From the NCBI GenBank assembly GCA_964016885.1, contig OZ024742.1, positions 357,306,001 to 357,370,000 on the forward strand: a stretch of 64,000 nucleotides of DNA. The letters are read 5' to 3'. The notes under the pieces are model-generated. The model saw only the letters and a list, made by a program, of their open reading frames with translations, was not told the origin of the DNA and searched no databases. Position 1 is the first letter of the stretch; each line of letters starts with the position of its first letter. A program made the translations under genes and the position numbers. Of the stretch, positions 1-13,190 are shown piece by piece. Source of the stretch: Eledone cirrhosa (taxonomy: Eukaryota).

Positions 1-3000
1 GGTGGTAGATTGGGCAGTATTGGTAGAGAGTAAGACACCATGCTAGTGTGGTGGATTGGCAGTATTGTTATAGAGTAGCACACAGTATTGTTATAGATTA
101 GCACACCATTCTAGGGTGGTGGATTGGCAGTGCCGGTAGAGGGTAGGACACCATGCTAGGTTGGCAGATTGGCAGTATTGGCAGAGGGTAGGACACCATG
201 CTAGCATGGTGGATTGGTAGTGTCGGTAGAGAGTAGGACACCATGTTAGGATGGTGCATTGGCAGTATTGGTAGAGGGTAGGACACCATGCGAGGGTGGT
301 GGATTGGTAGTATTTGTAGAGAGTAGGACACCATGCGAGGGTGGTGGATTGGCAGTATTGGTAGAGAGTAGGACACCATGCTAGGGTGGTGGATTGGTAG
401 TATTGGTAGAGAGTAGGACACCATGCTAGGGTGGTGGATTGGCAGTATTGGTAGAGGGTTGGACACCATGCTATGGTCGTGGTTTGGCAGTATTGGTAGA
501 GGGTCGGACACCATGCTAGTGTGGTGGCTTGGCAGTGTTGGTAGAGGGTCGGACACCATGCTAGGGTGGTGGTTTGGTAGTATTGGTAGAGGGTATGACA
601 CCATGCTAGGGTGGTGGTTTGGCAATTACGGTAGAGGGTCGGATACCATGCTAGGGTGGTGGATTGGCAGTACTGGTGGAGGGTTGCAAACCATGCTAGA
701 GTGGTGAATTGGCACTATTGGTAGAGGGTCGGAGACCATGCTAGGGTGGTGGTTTGGTAGTGTTGGTAGAGGGTCGGCCACCATGCTAGGGTGGTGGATT
801 GGTAGTATTGGTAGAGGTTCGGCCACCATGTTAGGGTGGTGGATTGGCAGTATTGGTAGAGGGTCGGCCACCATGCTAGGGTGGTGGTTTGTTAGTATTG
901 GTAGAGGGTATGACACCATGCTAGGGTGGTGGATTGGTAGTATTGGTAGAGGGTAGGACACCATGCTAGGGTGGTGGATTGGTAGTATTGGTAGAGAGTA
1001 GGACACCATGTTAGGGTGGTGGATTGGTAGTATTGGTGGAGTGTCGGACACCATGCTAGGGTGGTGGATTGGTAGTGTCGGTAGAGGGAAGGACACCATG
1101 CTAGGGTGGTGGATTGGCAGTAATGGTAGAGAGTAGGACACCATGCTAGGGTGGTGGATTGGTAGTATTGTTAGAGAGTAGGACACCATGTTAGGGTGGT
1201 GGATTGGTAGTATTGGTAGAGGGTAGGACACCATGCAAGGGTGGTGGATTGGTAGTATTGGTAGAGAGTAGGACACCATGTTAGGGTGCTGGATTGGCAG
1301 TATTGGTAGAGGGTAGGACACCATGCTAGGGTGGTGGATTGGTAGTATTGGTAGAGAGTAGGACACCATGTTAGGGTGGTGGATTTGTAGTATTGGTAGA
1401 GAGTAGGACACCATGCTAAAGTGGTGGATTGGTAGTGTCGGTAGAGGGTAGAACACCACGCTAGGGTGGTAGATTGGCAGTATTGGTAGAGAGTAGGACA
1501 CCATGCTAGCGTGGTGGATTGGCAGTATTGGTAGAGAGTAGCACACCATTCTAGGGTGGTGGATTGGCAGTATTGGTAGAGGTTAGGACACCATGACAGG
1601 GTGGTGGATTGGCAGTATTGGTAGAGAGTAGGACACCATGCTAGGGTGGTGGATTGGCAGTATTGGTAGAGAGTAGGACACCATGCTAGGGTGGTGGATT
1701 GGTAGTATTGGTAGAGGGTAGGACACCATGCTAGGGTGGTGGATTGGCAGTATTGGTAGAGGGTCTGACACCATGCTAGGGTGGTGGATTGGTAGTATTG
1801 GTAGAGGGTTGGACACCATGCTAGGGTGGTGGATTGCTAGTATTGGTAGAGGGTCGGACACCATGCTAGGGTGGTGGATTCGTAGTATTGGTAGAGGGTC
1901 GGACACCATGCTAGGGTGGTGGATTGGTAGTATTGGTAGAGAGTAGGACACCATGCTAGGGTGGTGGATTGGTAGCATTGGTAGAGGGTAGGACACCATG
2001 CTAGGGTGGTGAATTGGTAGTATTGGTAGAGGGTAGGACACCATGCTAGGGTGGTGTATTGGTAGTGTCGGTAGAGCGTTGGCCACCATGCTAGGGTGGT
2101 GGTTTGGCAGTGTCACTGGAGGGTCGGACACCATGCTAGGGTGGTGGTTTGGCAGTGTCGGTAGAGAGTCGGATACCATGCTAGGGTGGTGGATTGGCAG
2201 TACTGGTAGAGGGTTGCAAACCATGCTAGGGTGGTGGATTGGTAGGATTGGTAGAGGGTCGGCCACCATGTTAGGGTGGTGGATTGGCAGTATTGGTAGA
2301 GGGTAGGACACCATGCTAGGCTGTTGGATTGGTAGGATTGGTAGAGGGTCGGCCACCATGCTACGGTAGTGGATTGGCAGTATTGGTAGAGGGTAGGACA
2401 CCATGCTAGGCTGTTGGATTGGTAGGATTGGTAGAGGGTCGGCCACCATGCTACGGTGGTGGATTGGCAGTATTGGTAGAGGGTAGGACACCATGCTAGG
2501 CTGTTGGATTGGTAGGATTGGTAGAGGGTCGGCCACAATGCTAGGGTGGTGGATTGGCAGTATTGGTAGAGGGTAGGACACCATGTTATGGTGGTGGATT
2601 GGCAGTATTGGTAGAGAGTAGGACACCATGCTAGGGTGGTGGATTGGTAGTATTAGTAGAGGGTCGTACACCATGCTAGGTTGGTGGATTGGTAGTATTG
2701 GTAGAGGGTAGGACACCATGCTAGGGTGGTGGATTGGTAGTATTGGTAGAGAGTAGGACACCATGTTAGGGTGGTGGATTGGCAGTATTGGTAGAGGGTA
2801 GGACACCATGCTAGGGTGGTGGATTGGTAGTATCGTTAGAGAGTAGGACACCATGTTAGGGTGGTGGATTGGTAGTGTCGGTAGAGAGTAGGACACCATG
2901 CTAGGGTGGTGTATTGGTAGTGTCGGTAGACAGTAGGACACCATGCTAGGGTGGTGGATTGGCAGTATTGGTAGAGGGTAGGACACCATGCTAGGGTGGT

Positions 3001-6000
3001 GGTTTGGCAGTATTGGTATAGGGTCGGACAACATGCTAGGGTGGTTGCTTGGCAGTGTCGGTAGAGGGTTGGCCACCATGCTAGGGTGGTGGTTTGGCAG
3101 TGCCGGTAGAGGGTAGGACACCATGATAGGTTGGCGGATTGGCTGTATTGGTAGAGGGTAGGACACCATGCTAGGGTGGTGGATTGGAAGTATTGGTAGA
3201 GGGTCGGACACCATGCTAGGGTGGTGGATTGGCAGTATTGGTAGAGGGTCGGCAACCATGCTAGGGTGGTGGATTGGTAATATTGGTAGAGGGTAGAACA
3301 CTATGTTATGGTGTTGGATTGGCAGTATTGGTAGAGGGTAGAACACCATGTTATGGTGGTGGATTGGCAGTATTGGTAGAGAGTAGGACACCATGCTAGG
3401 GTGGTAGATTGGTAGTATTGGTAGAGGGTAGGACACCATGCTAGGGTGGTGGATTTGTAGTATTGGTAGAGGGTAGGACACCATGCTAGGGTGGTGGATT
3501 GGTAGTATTGGTAGAGAGTAGGACACCATGTTAGGTTGGTGGATTGGTAGTATTGGTAGAGGGTCGGACACCATGCTAGGGTGGTGGATTGGTAGTGTCG
3601 GTATCGGGTAGGACACCATGCTAGGGTGGTGGATTGGTAGTATTGGTAGCGAGTAGGACACCATGTTAGCGTGGTGGATAGGCAGTATTGGTAAAGAGTA
3701 TCACACCATGCTAGGGTGGTGGATTGGCAGTATTGGTAGAGAGTAGGACACCATGCTAGGGTGGTGGATTGGTAGTATTGGTAGCGGGTAGGACACCATG
3801 CTAGGGTGGTGGATTGCTAGTATTGACAGAGGGTTGGACACCATGCTAGGCTAGCGGATTGGCAGTATTGGTAGAGAGTAGGAAACCATGCTAGGGTGGT
3901 GTATTGGTAGTGTCGGTAGACAGTAGGACACCATGCTAGGGTGGTGGATTGGCAGTATTGGAAGAGAGTAGGACACCATGCTAGGGTGGTGGATTGGTAG
4001 TATTGGTAGAGAGTAGGACACCATGCTAGGGTGGTGGATTGGTAGTATTGGTAGAGGGTAGGACAACTTGCTAGGGTGGTGGATTGGTAGTATTGGTAGA
4101 GAGTAGGACACCATGCTAGGGTGGTGGATTGGTAGTACTGGTAGAGGGTAGGACAACTTGCTAGGGTGGTGGATTGGTAGTATTGGTAGAGAGTAGGACA
4201 CCATGCTAGGGTGGTGGATTGGTAGTGTCGGTAGAGGGTAGGACACCATGCTAAAGTGGTGGATTGGTAGTATTGGTAGAGAGTAGGACACCATGCTAGG
4301 GTGGTGGATTGGAAGTATTGGAAGAGAGTAGGACACCATGCTAGGGTGGTGGATTGGTAGTATTGGTAGAGAGTAGGACACCATGCTAGGGTGGTGGATT
4401 GGCAGTATTGGTAGAGAGTAGGACACCATGCTAGGGTGGTGGATTGGTAGTATTGGTAGACAGTAGGACACCATGCTAGGGTGGTGGATTGGCAGTATTG
4501 GTAGAGAGTAGGACACCATGCTAGGGTGGTGGATTGGTAGTATTGGTAGAGAGTAGGACACCATGCTAGGGTGGTGGATTGGTAGTATTGGTAGAGGGTT
4601 GACCACCATGCTAGGGTGGTGGTTTGGCAGTGCCGGTAGAGGGTAGGACACCATGCTAGGTTGGCGGATTGGCAGTATTGGTAGAGGGTAGGACACCATG
4701 CTAGGGTGGTGGATTGGTAGTATTGGTAGAGGGTCGGACACCATGCTAGGGTGGTGGATTGGCAGTATTGGTAGAGGGTCGGCCACCATGCTAGTGTGGT
4801 GGATTGGTAATATTGGTAGAGGGTAGGACACCATGCTAGGGTGGTGGATTGGTAGTATTGGTAGAGGGTAGGACACCATGCTAGGGTGGTGGATTGGTAG
4901 TCTTGGTAGAGGGTCGGCGACCATGTTAGGGTGGTGGATTGGCAGTATTGGTAGAGGGTAGGAAACCATGCTAGGGTGGTGGATTGGTAGTATTAGTAGA
5001 GGGTCGGCCACCATGCTAGGGTGGTAGATTGGTAGTATTGGTAGAGGGTAGGACACCATGCTAGGGTGGTGGATTGGTAGTATTGGTAGAGGGTAGGACA
5101 CCATGCTAGTGTGGTGGATTGGTAGTATTGGTAGAGAGTATGACACAATGTTAGGGTGGTGGATTGGTAGTATTGGTAGAGGGTAGGACACCATGCTAGG
5201 GTGGTGGATTGGTAGTATTGGTAGAGAGTAGGACACCATGTTAGTGTGGTGGATTGGCAGTATTGGTAGAGGGTAGGACAGCATGCGAGGGAGGTGGATT
5301 GGTAGTATTGGTAGAGAGTAGGACACCATGTTAGGGTTGTGGATTGGCAGTATTGGTAGAGAGTAGGACACCATGCTAGGGTGGTGGATTGGCAGTATTG
5401 GTAGAGAGTAGGACACCATGTTAGGGTTGTGGATTGGCAGTATTGGTAGAGAGTAGGACACCATGCTAGGGTGGTGGATTGGTAGTGTTGGTAGAGAGTA
5501 GGACACCATGCTAGGGTGGTGGATTGGCAGTATTGGTAGAGGGTAGGACACCATGCTAGGGTGGTGGATTGGTAGTGTCGGTAGTGAGTAGGACACCATG
5601 CTAGGGTGGTGGATTGGCAGTATTGGTAGAGAGTAGGACACCATGCTAGGGTGGTGGATTGGTGTATTGGTAGAGAGTAGGACACCATGCTAGGGTGGTG
5701 GATTGGCAGTATTGGTAGAAGGTTGGACACCATGCTAGGGTGGTGGATTGGTAATATTGGTAGAGGGTCGGACACCATGCTAGGGTGGTGGATTGGCAGT
5801 ATTGGTAGAGGGTAGGACACCATCCTAGGGTGGTGGATTGGTAGTATTGGTAGAGGGTCGGACACCATGCTAGGGTGGTGGATTGGTAGTATTGGTAGAG
5901 GGTCGGACACCATGCTAGGGTGGTGAACTGGTAGTATTGGTAGAGGGTTGGACACCATGCTAGGGTGGTGTATTGCTAGTATTGTCAGAGGGTTGGACAC

Positions 6001-9000
6001 CATGCTAGGGAGGTGGATTGGTAGTGTCGGTAGAGAGTAGGACAACATGCGAGTGTGGTGGATTGGTAGTATTGGTAGAGTGTAGAACAACATGCTAGGG
6101 CGGTGGATTGGCAGTGTCAGTAGAGGGTCGGACACCATGCTCGGGTGGTGGTTTTGCAGTGTCACTAGAGGGTCGGACAACATGCTAGGGTGGTGGTTTG
6201 GCAGTGTCGGTAGAGGGTCGGACACCATGCTAGGGTGATGGATTGGCAGTATTGGTAGAGGGTCGGACACCATGCTAGGGTGGTGGTTTGGCAGTGTTAG
6301 TAGAGGGTCGGCCACCATGCTAGGGTGGTGGATTGGTAGTATTGTTAGAGAGTAGGACACCATGTTAGGGTGCTGGATTGGTAGTGTCGGTAGAGAGAAG
6401 GACACAATGCTAGGGTGGTGGATTGGTATTGTCGGTAGAAATAGGACACCATGCTAGGGTGGTGGATTGGCAGTACTGGTAGAGGGATGGAAACCATGCT
6501 AGGGTGGTGGATTGGCAGTATTGGTAGAGGGTCGGACACCATGCTAGGGTGGTGGTTTGGCAGTGTTGGTAGAGGGTCGGCCACCATGCTAGGGTGGTGG
6601 ATTGGTAGTGTTGGTAGAGAGTAGGACACCATGCTAGGGTGGTGGATTGGTAGTGTCGGTAGAGAGTAGGACACCATGCTAGGGTGGTGGATTGGCAGTA
6701 TTGGTAGAGAATAGGACACCATGCTAGGGTGGTGGATTGGTAGTATTGGTAGAGAGTAGGACACCATGCTAGGCTGGTGGATTGGCAGTATTGGTAGAGG
6801 GTCGGACACCATGCTAGGGTGGTGGCTTGGCAGTGTCGGTAGAGGGTCGGACACCATGCTAGGGTGGTGGATTGGTAGTATTGGTAGAGGGCCGGCCACC
6901 ATGTTAGGCTGGTGGATTCGTAGTATTGGTAGAGAGTAGGACACCATGCTAGGGTGATGGATTGGCAGTATTGTTAGAGGGTTAGACACCATGCTAGGGT
7001 GGTGGTTTGGCAGTATTGGTAGAGGGTCGGACACCATGCTAGGGTGGTGGATTGGTAGTATTGGTAGAGTGTCGGACACCATGCTAGGGTGGTGGTTTGG
7101 CAGTGTTGGTAGAGGGTAGGACACCATGCTAGGGTGTTGGATTGGTAGTATTGGTGGAGGGTCGGCCACCATGCTAGGGTGGTGGATTGGTAGTATTGGT
7201 AGAGGGTAGGACACCATGCTAGGGTGGTGGATTGGTAGTATTGGTAGAGGGTAGGACACCATGCTAGGGTGGTGGATTGGTAGTATTGGTAGAAGGTAGG
7301 ACACCATGCTAGGGTGGTGGATTGTTATTATTGGTAGAGAGTAGGACACCATGTTAGTGTGGTGGATTGGTAGTATTGTTAGAGGGTCGGACACCATGCT
7401 ATGGTGGTGGATTGGTAGTCTCGGTATCGGGTAGGAAACCATGCTAGGGTGGTGGATTGGCAGTATTGGTAGAGAGTAGGACACCATGCTAGGGTGGTGG
7501 ATTGGCAGTATTGGTAGAGGGTTGAACACCATGCTAGGGTGGTGGTTTGGCAGTATTGGTAGAGGGTCGGACACCATGCTAGGGTGGTGGCTTGGCAGTG
7601 TCGGTAGAGGGTCGGACACCATGCTAGGGTGGTGGATCGGTAGTATTGGTAGAGGGTCGGACACCATGCTTGGGTTGTGTATTGGCAGTATTGGTAGAGG
7701 GTCGGCCACCATGCTAGGCTGGTGGATTGGTAATATTGGTAGAGGGTAGGACACCATGCTAGGGTGGTGGATTGGTAGTATTGGTAGAGGGTTGGCCACC
7801 ATGTTAGGGTGGTGGATTCGTAGTATTGGTAGAGAGTAGGGCACCATGCCAGGGTGGTGGATTGGCAGTATTGTTATAGGGTTGGACACCATGCTAGGGT
7901 GGTGGTTTGGCAGTATTGGTAGAGGTTCGGACACCATGCTAGTGTGGTGGCTTGGCAGTGTTGGTAGAGGGTAGGACACCATGCTAGGGTGGTGGATTGG
8001 CAGTATTGGTAGAGGGTAGGACACCATGCTAGGGTGGTGGATTGGTAGTATTGGTAGAGGGTAGGACACCATGCTAGGGTGGTGGATTGGTAGTATTGGT
8101 AGAAGGTAGGACACCATGCTAGGGTGGTGGATTGTTAGTATTGGTAGAGAGTAGGACACCATGTTAGGCTGGTGGATTGGTAGTATTGGTAGAGGGTCGA
8201 ACACCATGCTATGGTGGTGGATTGGTAGTCTCGGTATCGGGTAGGACACCATGCTAGGGTGGTGGATTGGCAGTATTGGTAGAGGGTAGGACACCATGCT
8301 AGGGTGGTGGATTTGTAGTATTGGTAGAGAGCAGGACACCATGCTAGGGTGGTGGATTGGCAGTGTCGGTAGATGGTAGGACACCATGCTAGGGTGGTGG
8401 ATAGGCAGTATTGGTAGAGAGTAGGACACCATGCTAGGGTGGCGGATTGGTAGTGTCGGTAGAGAGTAGGACACCATGCTAGGGTGGTGGATTGGCAGTA
8501 TTGGTAGAGGGTTGGACACCTTGCTAGTGTGGTGGATTGGCAGTATTGGTAGAGGGTCTGACACCATGCTAGTGTGGTGGATTGGTAGTATTGGTTGAGG
8601 GTTGGACACCATGCTAGGGTGGCGGATTGCTAGTGTTGGCAGAGGGTTGGAAACCATGCTAGGGTGGTGGATTGGTAGTATCGGTAGAGAGTAGGACACC
8701 GTTTTAGGGTGGTCGATTGGTAGTGTCGGTAGAGAGTAGGACACCATGCTAGGGTGGAGGTTGGTAGTATTGGTAGAGGGTCGGACACCATGCTAGGGTG
8801 GTGGTTTGGCAGTGTCAGTAGATGTTCGGACACCATGCTAGGGTGGTGGTTTGGCAGTGTCGGTAGAGGGTCAGACACCATGCTAGGATGGTGGAATGGC
8901 AGTATTGGTAGAGGGTCGGACACCATGCTAGGGTGTTGGTTTGGCAGTGTCAGTAGAGGGTCGGACACTATGTTAAGGTGGTGGTTTGGCATTGTCTGTA

Positions 9001-12000
9001 GAGGGTCGGACACCATGCTAGGGTGGTGGATTGGCAGTATCGGTAGAGGGTCGGACATCATGCTAGGGTGGTGGTTTGTCAGTGTCGGTAGAGGGTCGGA
9101 CACCATGCTAGGGTGGTGGATTGGCAGTATTGGTAGAGGGTCGGACACCATGCTAGGGTGGTGGATTGGCAGTATTGGTAGAGGTTCAGACACCATGCTA
9201 GGGTGGTGGCTTGGCAGTGTCGGTAGAGGGTCGGACACCATGCTAGGGTGGTGGATTGGCAGTATTGATAGAGGGTCGGACACCATGCTAGGGTGGTGGA
9301 TTGGCAGTATTGGTAGTGGGTCGGACACCATGCTAGGGTGGTGACTTGGCAATGTCGGTCGAGGGCCGGACACCATGCTAGGGTGGTGGTTTGGCAGTGT
9401 CGGTAGAGGGTCGGACACCATTCTAGGGTGGTGGATTGGCAGTATTGGTGGAGGGTCGGACATCATGCTAGGGCGGTGGATTGGCAGTATTGGTAGAGGG
9501 TAGGACACCATGCTAGGGTGGTGGATTGGCAGTATTGATAGAGGTTCGGACACCATGCTAGGGTGGTGGATTGGCAGTATTGGTAGAGGGTAGGCCACCA
9601 TGTTAGGGTGGTGGATTGGCAGTATTGATAGACGGTCGGACACCAATCTAGGGTGGTGGATTGGTAGTAATGGTAGAGGGTAGGACACCATGCTAGGGTG
9701 GTGGATTGGCAGTATCTGTAGAGGGTCGGCCACCATGCTAGGGTGGTGGATTGGCAGTATCGGTAGAGGGTCGGATGCCATACTAAGGTGGTGGATGTGC
9801 AGTATTGGTAGAGGGTAGGACACCATGCTAGGGTGGTGGATTGGCAGTATCTGTAGAGGGTCAGACACCATGCTAGGGTGGTGGATTGGCAGTATTGATA
9901 GAGGGTAGGACACCATGCTAGGGTGGTGGATTGGCAGTATTTGTAGAGGGTAGGACACCATGCTAGGGTGGTGGATTGGCAGTATCTGTAGAGGGTCAGA
10001 CACCATGCTAGGGTGGTGGATTGGCAGTATTGATAGAGGGTAGGACACCATGCTAGGGTGGTGGATTGGCAGTATTGGTAGAGGGTCGGACACCATGCTA
10101 GGGTGGTGGCTTGGCAGTGTCGGTAGAGGGTCGGACACCATGCTAGGGTGGTGGATTGGTAGTATTGGTAGAGGGCCGGCCACCATGTTAGGGTGGTGGA
10201 TTCGTAGTATTGGTAGAGATTAGGACACCATGCTAGGGTGATGGATTGGCAGTATTGTTAGAGGGTTAGACACCATGCTAGGTTGGTGGTTTGGCAGTAT
10301 TGGTAGAGGGTCGGACACCATGCTAGGGTGGTGGATTGGTAGTATTGGTAGAGTGTCGGACACCATGCTAGGGTGGTGGTTTGGCAGTGTTGGTAGAGGG
10401 TAGGACACCATGGTAGTGTGTTGGATTGGTAGTATTGGTGGAGGGTCGGCCACCATGCTAGGGTGGTGGATTGGTAGTATTGGTAGAGGGTAGGACACCA
10501 TGCTAGGGTGGTGGATTGTTATTATTGGTAGAGAGTAGGACACCATGTTAGTGTGGTGGATTGGTAGTATTGTTAGAGGGTCGGACACCATGCTATGGTG
10601 GTGGATTGGTAGTCTCGGTATCGGGTAGGAAACCATGCTAGGGTGGTGGATTGGCAGTATTGGTAGAGAGTAGGACACCATGCTAGGGTGGTGGATTGGC
10701 AGTATTGGTAGAGGGTTGAACACCATGCTAGGGTGGTGGTTTGGCAGTATTGGTAGAGGGTCGGACACCATGCTAGGGTGGTGGCTTGCCAGTGTCGGTA
10801 GAGTGTCGGACACCATGCTAGGGTGGTGGATCGGTAGTATTGGTAGAGGGTAGGACACCATGCTAGGGTGGTGGATTGGCAGTATTGGTAGAGGGTAGGA
10901 CACCATGCTAGGGTGGTGGATTGGTAGTATTGGTAGAGGGTCGGCCACCATGCTAGGGTGGTGGATTGGTAGTATTGGTAGAGGGTAGGACACCATGCTA
11001 GGGTGGTGGATTGGTAGTATTGGTAGAAGGTAGGACACCATGCTAGGGTGGTGGATTGTTAGTATTGGTAGAGAGTAGGACACCATGTTAGGCTGGTGGA
11101 TTGGTAGTATTGGTAGAGGGACGAACACCATGCTATGGTGGTGGATTGGTAGTCTCGGTATAGGGTAGGACACCATGCTAGGGTGGTGGATTGGCAGTAT
11201 TGGTAGAGGGTCGGACACCATGCTAGGGTGGTGGATTGGCAGTGTCGGTAGATGGTAGGACACCATGCTAGGGTGGTGGATAGGCAGTATTGGTAGAGAG
11301 TAGGACACCATGCTAGGGTGGTGGATTGGCAGTATTGGTAGAGCGTTGGACACCTTGCTAGTGTGGTGGATTGGCAGTATTGGTAGAGGGTCTGACACCA
11401 TGCTAGTGTGGTGGATTGGTAGTATTGGTTGAGGGTTGGACACCATGCTAGGGTGGCGGATTGCTAGTGTTGGCAGAGGGTTGGAAACCATGCTAGGGTG
11501 GTGGATTGGTAGTGTCGGTAGAGAGTAGGACACCGTTTTAGGGTGGTGGATTGGTAGTGTCGGTAGAGAGTAGGACACCATGCTAGGGTGGAGGTTGGTA
11601 GTATTGGTAGAGGGTCGGACACCATGCTAGGGTGGTGGTTTGGCAGTGTCAGTAGATGTTCGGACACCATGCTAGGGTGGTGGTTTGGCAGTGTCGGTAG
11701 AGGGTCAGACACCATGCTAGGATGGTGGATTGGCAGTATTGGTAGAGGGTCGGACACCATGCTAGGGTGTTGGTTTGGCAGTGTCAGTAGAGGGTCGGAC
11801 ACTATGCTAAGGTGGTGGTTTGGCATTGTCTGTAGAGGGTCGGACACCATGCTAGGGTGGTGGATTGGCAGTATCGGTAGAGGGTTGGACATCATGCTAG
11901 GGTGGTGGTTTGTCAGTGTCGGTAGAGGGTCGGACACCATGCTAGGGTGGTGGATTGGCAGTATTGGTAGAGGGTCGGACACCATGCTAGGGTGGTGGAT

Positions 12001-13023
12001 TGGCAGTATTGGTAGAGGTTCAGACACCATGCTAGGGTGGTGCCTTGGCAGTGTCGGTAGAGGGTCGGACACCATGCTAGGGTGGTGGATTGGCAGTATT
12101 GGTAGAGGGTCGGACACCATGCTAGGGTGGTGGATTGGCAGTATTGGTAGTGGGTCGGACACCATGCTAGGGTGGTGACTTGGCAATGTCGGTCGAGGGC
12201 CGGACACCATGCTAGGGTGGTGGTTTGGCAGTGTCGGTAGAGGGTCGGACACCATTCTAGGTTGGTGGATTGGCAGTATTGGTGGAGGGTCGGACATCAT
12301 GCTAGGGCGGTGGATTGGCAGTATTGGTAGAGGGTAGGACACCATGCTAGGGTGGTGGATTGGCAGTATTGATAGAGGTTCGGACACCATGCTAGGGTGG
12401 TGGATTGGCAGTATTGGTAGAGGGTAGGCCACCATGTTAGGGTGGTGGATTGGCAGTATTGATAGACGGTCGGACACCAATCTAGGGTGGTGGATTGGTA
12501 GTAATGGTAGAGGGTAGGACACCATGCTAGGGTGGTGGATTGGCAGTATCGCTAGAGGGTCGGATGCCATACTAAGGTGGTGGATGTGCAGTATTGGTAG
12601 AGGGTAGGACACCATGCTAGGGTGGTGTATTGGCAGTATCGGTAGAGGGTCGGATGCCATACTAAGGTGGTGGATGTGCAGTATTGGTAGAGGGTAGGAC
12701 ACCATGCTAGGGTGGTGGATTGGCAGTATCTGTAGAGGGTCAGACACCATGCTAGGGTGGTGGATTGGCAGTATTGATAGAGGGTAGGACACCATGCTAG
12801 GGTGGTGGATTGGCAGTATTTGTTGAGGGTAGGACACAATGCTAGGGTGGTGGATTGGCAGTATTGATAGAGGGTAGGACACCATGCTAGGGTGGTGGAT
12901 TGGCAGTATTGGTAGAGAGTAGGACACCATGTTAGGGTGGTGGATTGGCAGTATTTGTAGAGGGTAGGACACCATGCTAGGGTGGTGGATTGGCAGTATC
13001 AGTAGAGGGTCGGCCACCATGCT
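1..13023. repeat. 45-bp tandem satellite (about 289 monomers in the window, open at the left edge) derived from the 5' head of tRNA-SINE family A
   Basis: Monomer AGGGTGGTGGATTGG(C/T)AGTATTGGTAGAG(G/A)GT(A/C)GGACACCATGCT recurs every 45 bp, with 1-bp deletions near 5664, 6440, 8758 and 11592. It matches the first ~45 nt of the dispersed SINE at 28163 (agggcagtggattggcagtattggtagagagttggacgccatgct). Confidence 0.97.
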
Positions 13024-13190
13024 AGGGTGGTGGATTGGCAGTACCGGTAGAGGGTCGGACGCCATGCTTTCCAACATAGTTACGTCCCTCTACAGTCTGA
13101 GTTCAAATCCCGCCGAGGTTAACTTTGTCTTTCATACTTACAGAGTCAATAAAATAAAGTACCAGTAATGTACTTGTGCCAAAAGTAGTA
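13024..13190 (+). mobile_element. tRNA-derived SINE family A, near-complete copy terminating the satellite
   Basis: A-box-like TGGCAGTACCGG, B-box-like GAGTTCAAATCC, body gccgaggttaactttgtctttcat...aaaataaagtaccagt and tail tgtgccaaaagtag, as in the other family A copies. Confidence 0.9.

Noticed and set aside
98-13077. Very long minus-strand ORFs encoding (MVSYPLPILPIHHPS)n, suggestive of a His/Pro-rich structural protein
   Set aside because: The 45-bp unit is a multiple of 3 and only one codon (TAC) is a single change from a stop, so long ORFs are expected by chance. The frame is broken by several stops and four 1-bp deletions, and the unit derives from a SINE head.
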